Shown: one piece after another, positions 12,625 through 64,000 of the stretch | Layout: each line of letters starts with the position of its first letter | Numbering within the stretch: position 1 is the stretch's first letter | Assembly (NCBI RefSeq): GCF_964204645.1 | Contig: NC_134032.1 | Location: 8,854,275 to 8,918,274 of the forward strand | Reading direction: 5' to 3' | Length of the DNA: 64,000 nt | Source: Tubulanus polymorphus | Taxonomy: Eukaryota; Animalia; Nemertea | Position numbers and translations under genes: made by a program | Notes under the pieces: generated by a model | Told to the model about the DNA's origin: nothing | Seen by the model: only the letters and a program-made list of their open reading frames with translations | Databases searched by the model: none

Positions 12625-13085
12625 TGTGATCGTTCACACTTCACATACGCGTTCTGATCTTCACCTCGGACGTTTTTGATAGCACCAGACTCAGCATATT
12701 TCTAAAAAAAGGTGATCGTCCACTCTTTACGTGATCTTCAGGAATTCGCCACCTTATTACCTGATCGAAAATGAACTACAGAAGCCAGACGTCATTAGTT
12801 ATCTTATCAGAATACTCTCAAAAAGTTGATCGTCCACACTTAACTGTTTTTCGATCGAAAGTTAAAAGCAAATACCAGCTACTAGACAATTTATATTCTG
12901 TCAGCATACGTGATCGTCCGCGATATTTCACCTCGGACATTTCTTTTTAATTGAAAATGAACTAAAACACCAGACATTAGACATTTCTTCAGCACACTTT
13001 CATAAGCCGATCATCCTTATTTCACTCTATGTATTCAAGGACTTCACCTAAGACATTCATAATTCAAAATGAACTACAAACAGTA
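12625..13085. repeat. Old degenerate tandem repeat
   Basis: Recurring tgatcgtcc(a)cac, ttcacctcggac, aaaatgaacta..ccagac blocks. Confidence 0.55.
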
Positions 13086-13510
13086 GGACATATTATTAGA
13101 ATTTCTTATTGAAAATAAATCAACTTAGTGCCAGAACCTAGGCGCAAAAGCACTGACAAAAATAATAAGCGAAAATTGGCTTTTGATGATTTTTTTTTGA
13201 GCTATAATCAATTGATCGTTCATATCTAAAAATCAGAAGGCGTCAAATCGGAAACAGGAGTGAAACGCATTAAAGCTAATACCCGGAATTCAAACAATAT
13301 TCAAATACTTGACAGTGACACTTCTACTACGTGAACACTGTGTTCTACACGTTGAAAGTACCGGTATTTGTCTTAAACGGGTCGGTGAGACACAGCGTGT
13401 GTGCTGTATTAGACGTTGGCCGAGTGACAGTCGCGCGGGCGGTCCCTGTTCGTGTTCTTACTGTGTGGCTCTTAACTGTTTTTAAAAAGAAGGAAATATA
13501 TTGCTATACA

Positions 13511-13517
13511 TATAAAA
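13511..13517 (+). promoter_or_regulatory. Possible TATA box of the protease-mucin gene
   Basis: TATAAAA ~280 bp upstream of the proposed ATG; weak evidence in AT-rich DNA. Confidence 0.2.
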
Positions 13518-13791
13518 CGCCAGCAGGATCGTGTCTGCCGTATATGTATTTGGAGATAATTGGGATGTTACAATTAGTAAGGGATAATTGTTATTGCGGC
13601 TAATTAGCGCTGTTCCAGCCGCCAGGGAATCCGACTATGTTATCCGTTTGTAAATGAGCAGTTTTCGTATGCGAATAGAAAAAATGCTCGTTTTATAAGT
13701 TTAACGCCGTCCGAAATATATTTGGATTCTAAGGATATTTAGAAAAAAATAGCCGGGATTTTTCGATAAACAACGCATTGAAAACTAGGAG

Positions 13792-62185
<48,394 letters not shown>

Positions 62186-64000
62186 GTGAGTACAAAATAG
62201 AATTTCAAAATGAATTATAAACTCAAAAACACCTTTTTATGATCATTCGTGTTAATCCTTAAAGAACGGTACTAAGTGTATCTTTCTGTTAGCCCTTGGT
62301 GGCACAAATTGTAACCAATGGATATACACAACTGATATTTTGTCGTTCGGAGGGAAATAGGTATTGGAATTGATATGGCAAGTTTCGTCCACCAGCTTCA
62401 AGCTGTTCGGAAGTGCCGGGAGAAAATGTGCAAAATTTCAATGAATTTTTTCCTCATTCTACTAATCGATGCTTGTTTCGTGACATCACAGAGAAAGCCC
62501 TTCAGAAGGGCATCACTCGGAAATTCCTTTAGAAGGGCTTTCCCAGTGACATCATTATCAAGAATGGCTTTACCATGTACTTGTGACTCATAAAGGAAAC
62601 TCATTACCATGTATATTACCAAAATTGAACATGTTTATTACACAATGCACCATGACTTCATCTTTATCAGCTGGTCATACGTTATTGCAAATCCGAGACT
62701 AAATCGATTTGTGTGCTCAAAACTAAAATGTACTCAGTTGATCCTACTGGACCCATGGTCCTTTATTTCCTATGATACTTCAAATCCATTCGCAGGAATT
62801 GTCGACAAGCAAAATAGGTCGGCAATCTTAAATCGTTGGAATTGTGAAACATGTCGAAACCGAACTATACTCTCTTCAGTTGAATAAAAATCCACGACGG
62901 AGCTATGTTGACCTATTTCGAAGTTGAACCACTCGTATTACGGTTATGCGCGTTAGGAAAATGCTAAATGTTCAATGAAATGGCGGCGCGCGGTAGGAAG
63001 TCCCCTCGGTGCGTCATCTCGAAACACAAATTGTTAAATAAGGTCAGTCGTCGAGAAAGATATTCAAAAACTTCGAACGCAGAATCAGACGGCAAATGAT
63101 CTCATAAACCTCAGGAAAATGGGGGCGTATAGATATTATAAGGATTCTAGGCTAGTTCGAGATTCGCGAATGGTTTTACGCTCGGTAAAATTATGCGGTA
63201 TTTGGGTTCACTGCGTCGCTGATATGAAAATCCGAAATCGCCAGCAAAAATCTGCGAAGGTGTTAGAATTGAGTTTAGCGAGTAAGGGACTGTATAGCTG
63301 ATCGATATTTAATCAAAACTTACATATAAGTAATAACGATGATTTATTTCATCGTCAATTAAATCGAATACAAAATTACAAATCAAGTACCGCATACATG
63401 ACAGAATTAGTAGATTGATGATAGCGACCCGAACAGAGCCATCGAGGCTGTACAATCACTTGGACGCTATGTTTAAAAAAATGAACGCCTACAAACTGAA
63501 AATCTTTTCAATAAAGAATGCGTGTAGTTGTTTCGTGCGGTTATCAATTAACACTCGAGATGATAATTGCGCGTCGATTCAAAAAAAACATAATTTTCAA
63601 TTTATATTTTTTCCAAACGCGTCGATTGAAATTTGAATAATGAATAATTTCAGCGCGTGCGCGATGATGAGTTTTCCTCAGGGGATTGCAGCGGCGCCGC
63701 GCGATCTAGGCGTGTTGCGCGAAAACCGAGAGATTTCATACAGAACGCAGAGATATTGCTTGGGTATGAATGGTATATTTTACGCAAGCGGGTTGGAACA
63801 TCGCTTATTCCGCCCGATAAGCCGTGACAGAGGCGATGCATCAAAGTTTCGATAAAAGTCGATCTGCTGAAGACACACTCTCAGCTGCTAATTTGTCTTA
63901 ATTTTGCCAACTCGTACGGAGACCCGGAGGGGACATGGTGAGAAATAGATATATTTTTTATTCGTTCGAACGAGAAACATTTCAATCGTTAGAACGAATA

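Noticed and set aside
63915-63945. GGAGACCCGGAGGGA as the missing GDSGGP exon
   Set aside because: Does not encode GDSGGP, has no acceptor AG before it and no protease C-terminal motifs after it

Overview
AT-rich, intron-containing animal (invertebrate-like) genomic DNA, so most short ORFs in the six-frame track are exon fragments or repeat noise. The first ~10 kb holds a degenerate copy and an intact intronless copy of an SLC18 (VMAT/VAChT)-like MFS transporter. It also holds a small birth-and-death cluster of intronless rhodopsin-type GPCRs: one intact, one frameshifted and truncated, and two fragments. The rest (13792 to beyond 62185, + strand) is one giant gene. I assembled 51 GT-AG exons by hand and their phases chain without a break (13,599 nt, at least 4,533 aa, C-terminus outside the window). 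It encodes a type II transmembrane mosaic protein: Tyr-rich ~300-aa cytoplasmic tail - TM - SEA - 1,576-aa mucin - SEA - 305-aa mucin - LDLa x2 - SRCR - protease 1 - (LDLa-MAM) x3 - LDLa x4 - SRCR - protease 2 - LDLa x7 - SRCR - protease 3. All three zymogen activation sites have Tyr at P1 and none of the proteases has trypsin's Asp189. Introns carry MITEs, a dispersed ~39-bp satellite, microsatellites and Penelope-like remnants with hammerhead-like cores. Exon joining is inferred from splice signals and phase, not from transcripts.
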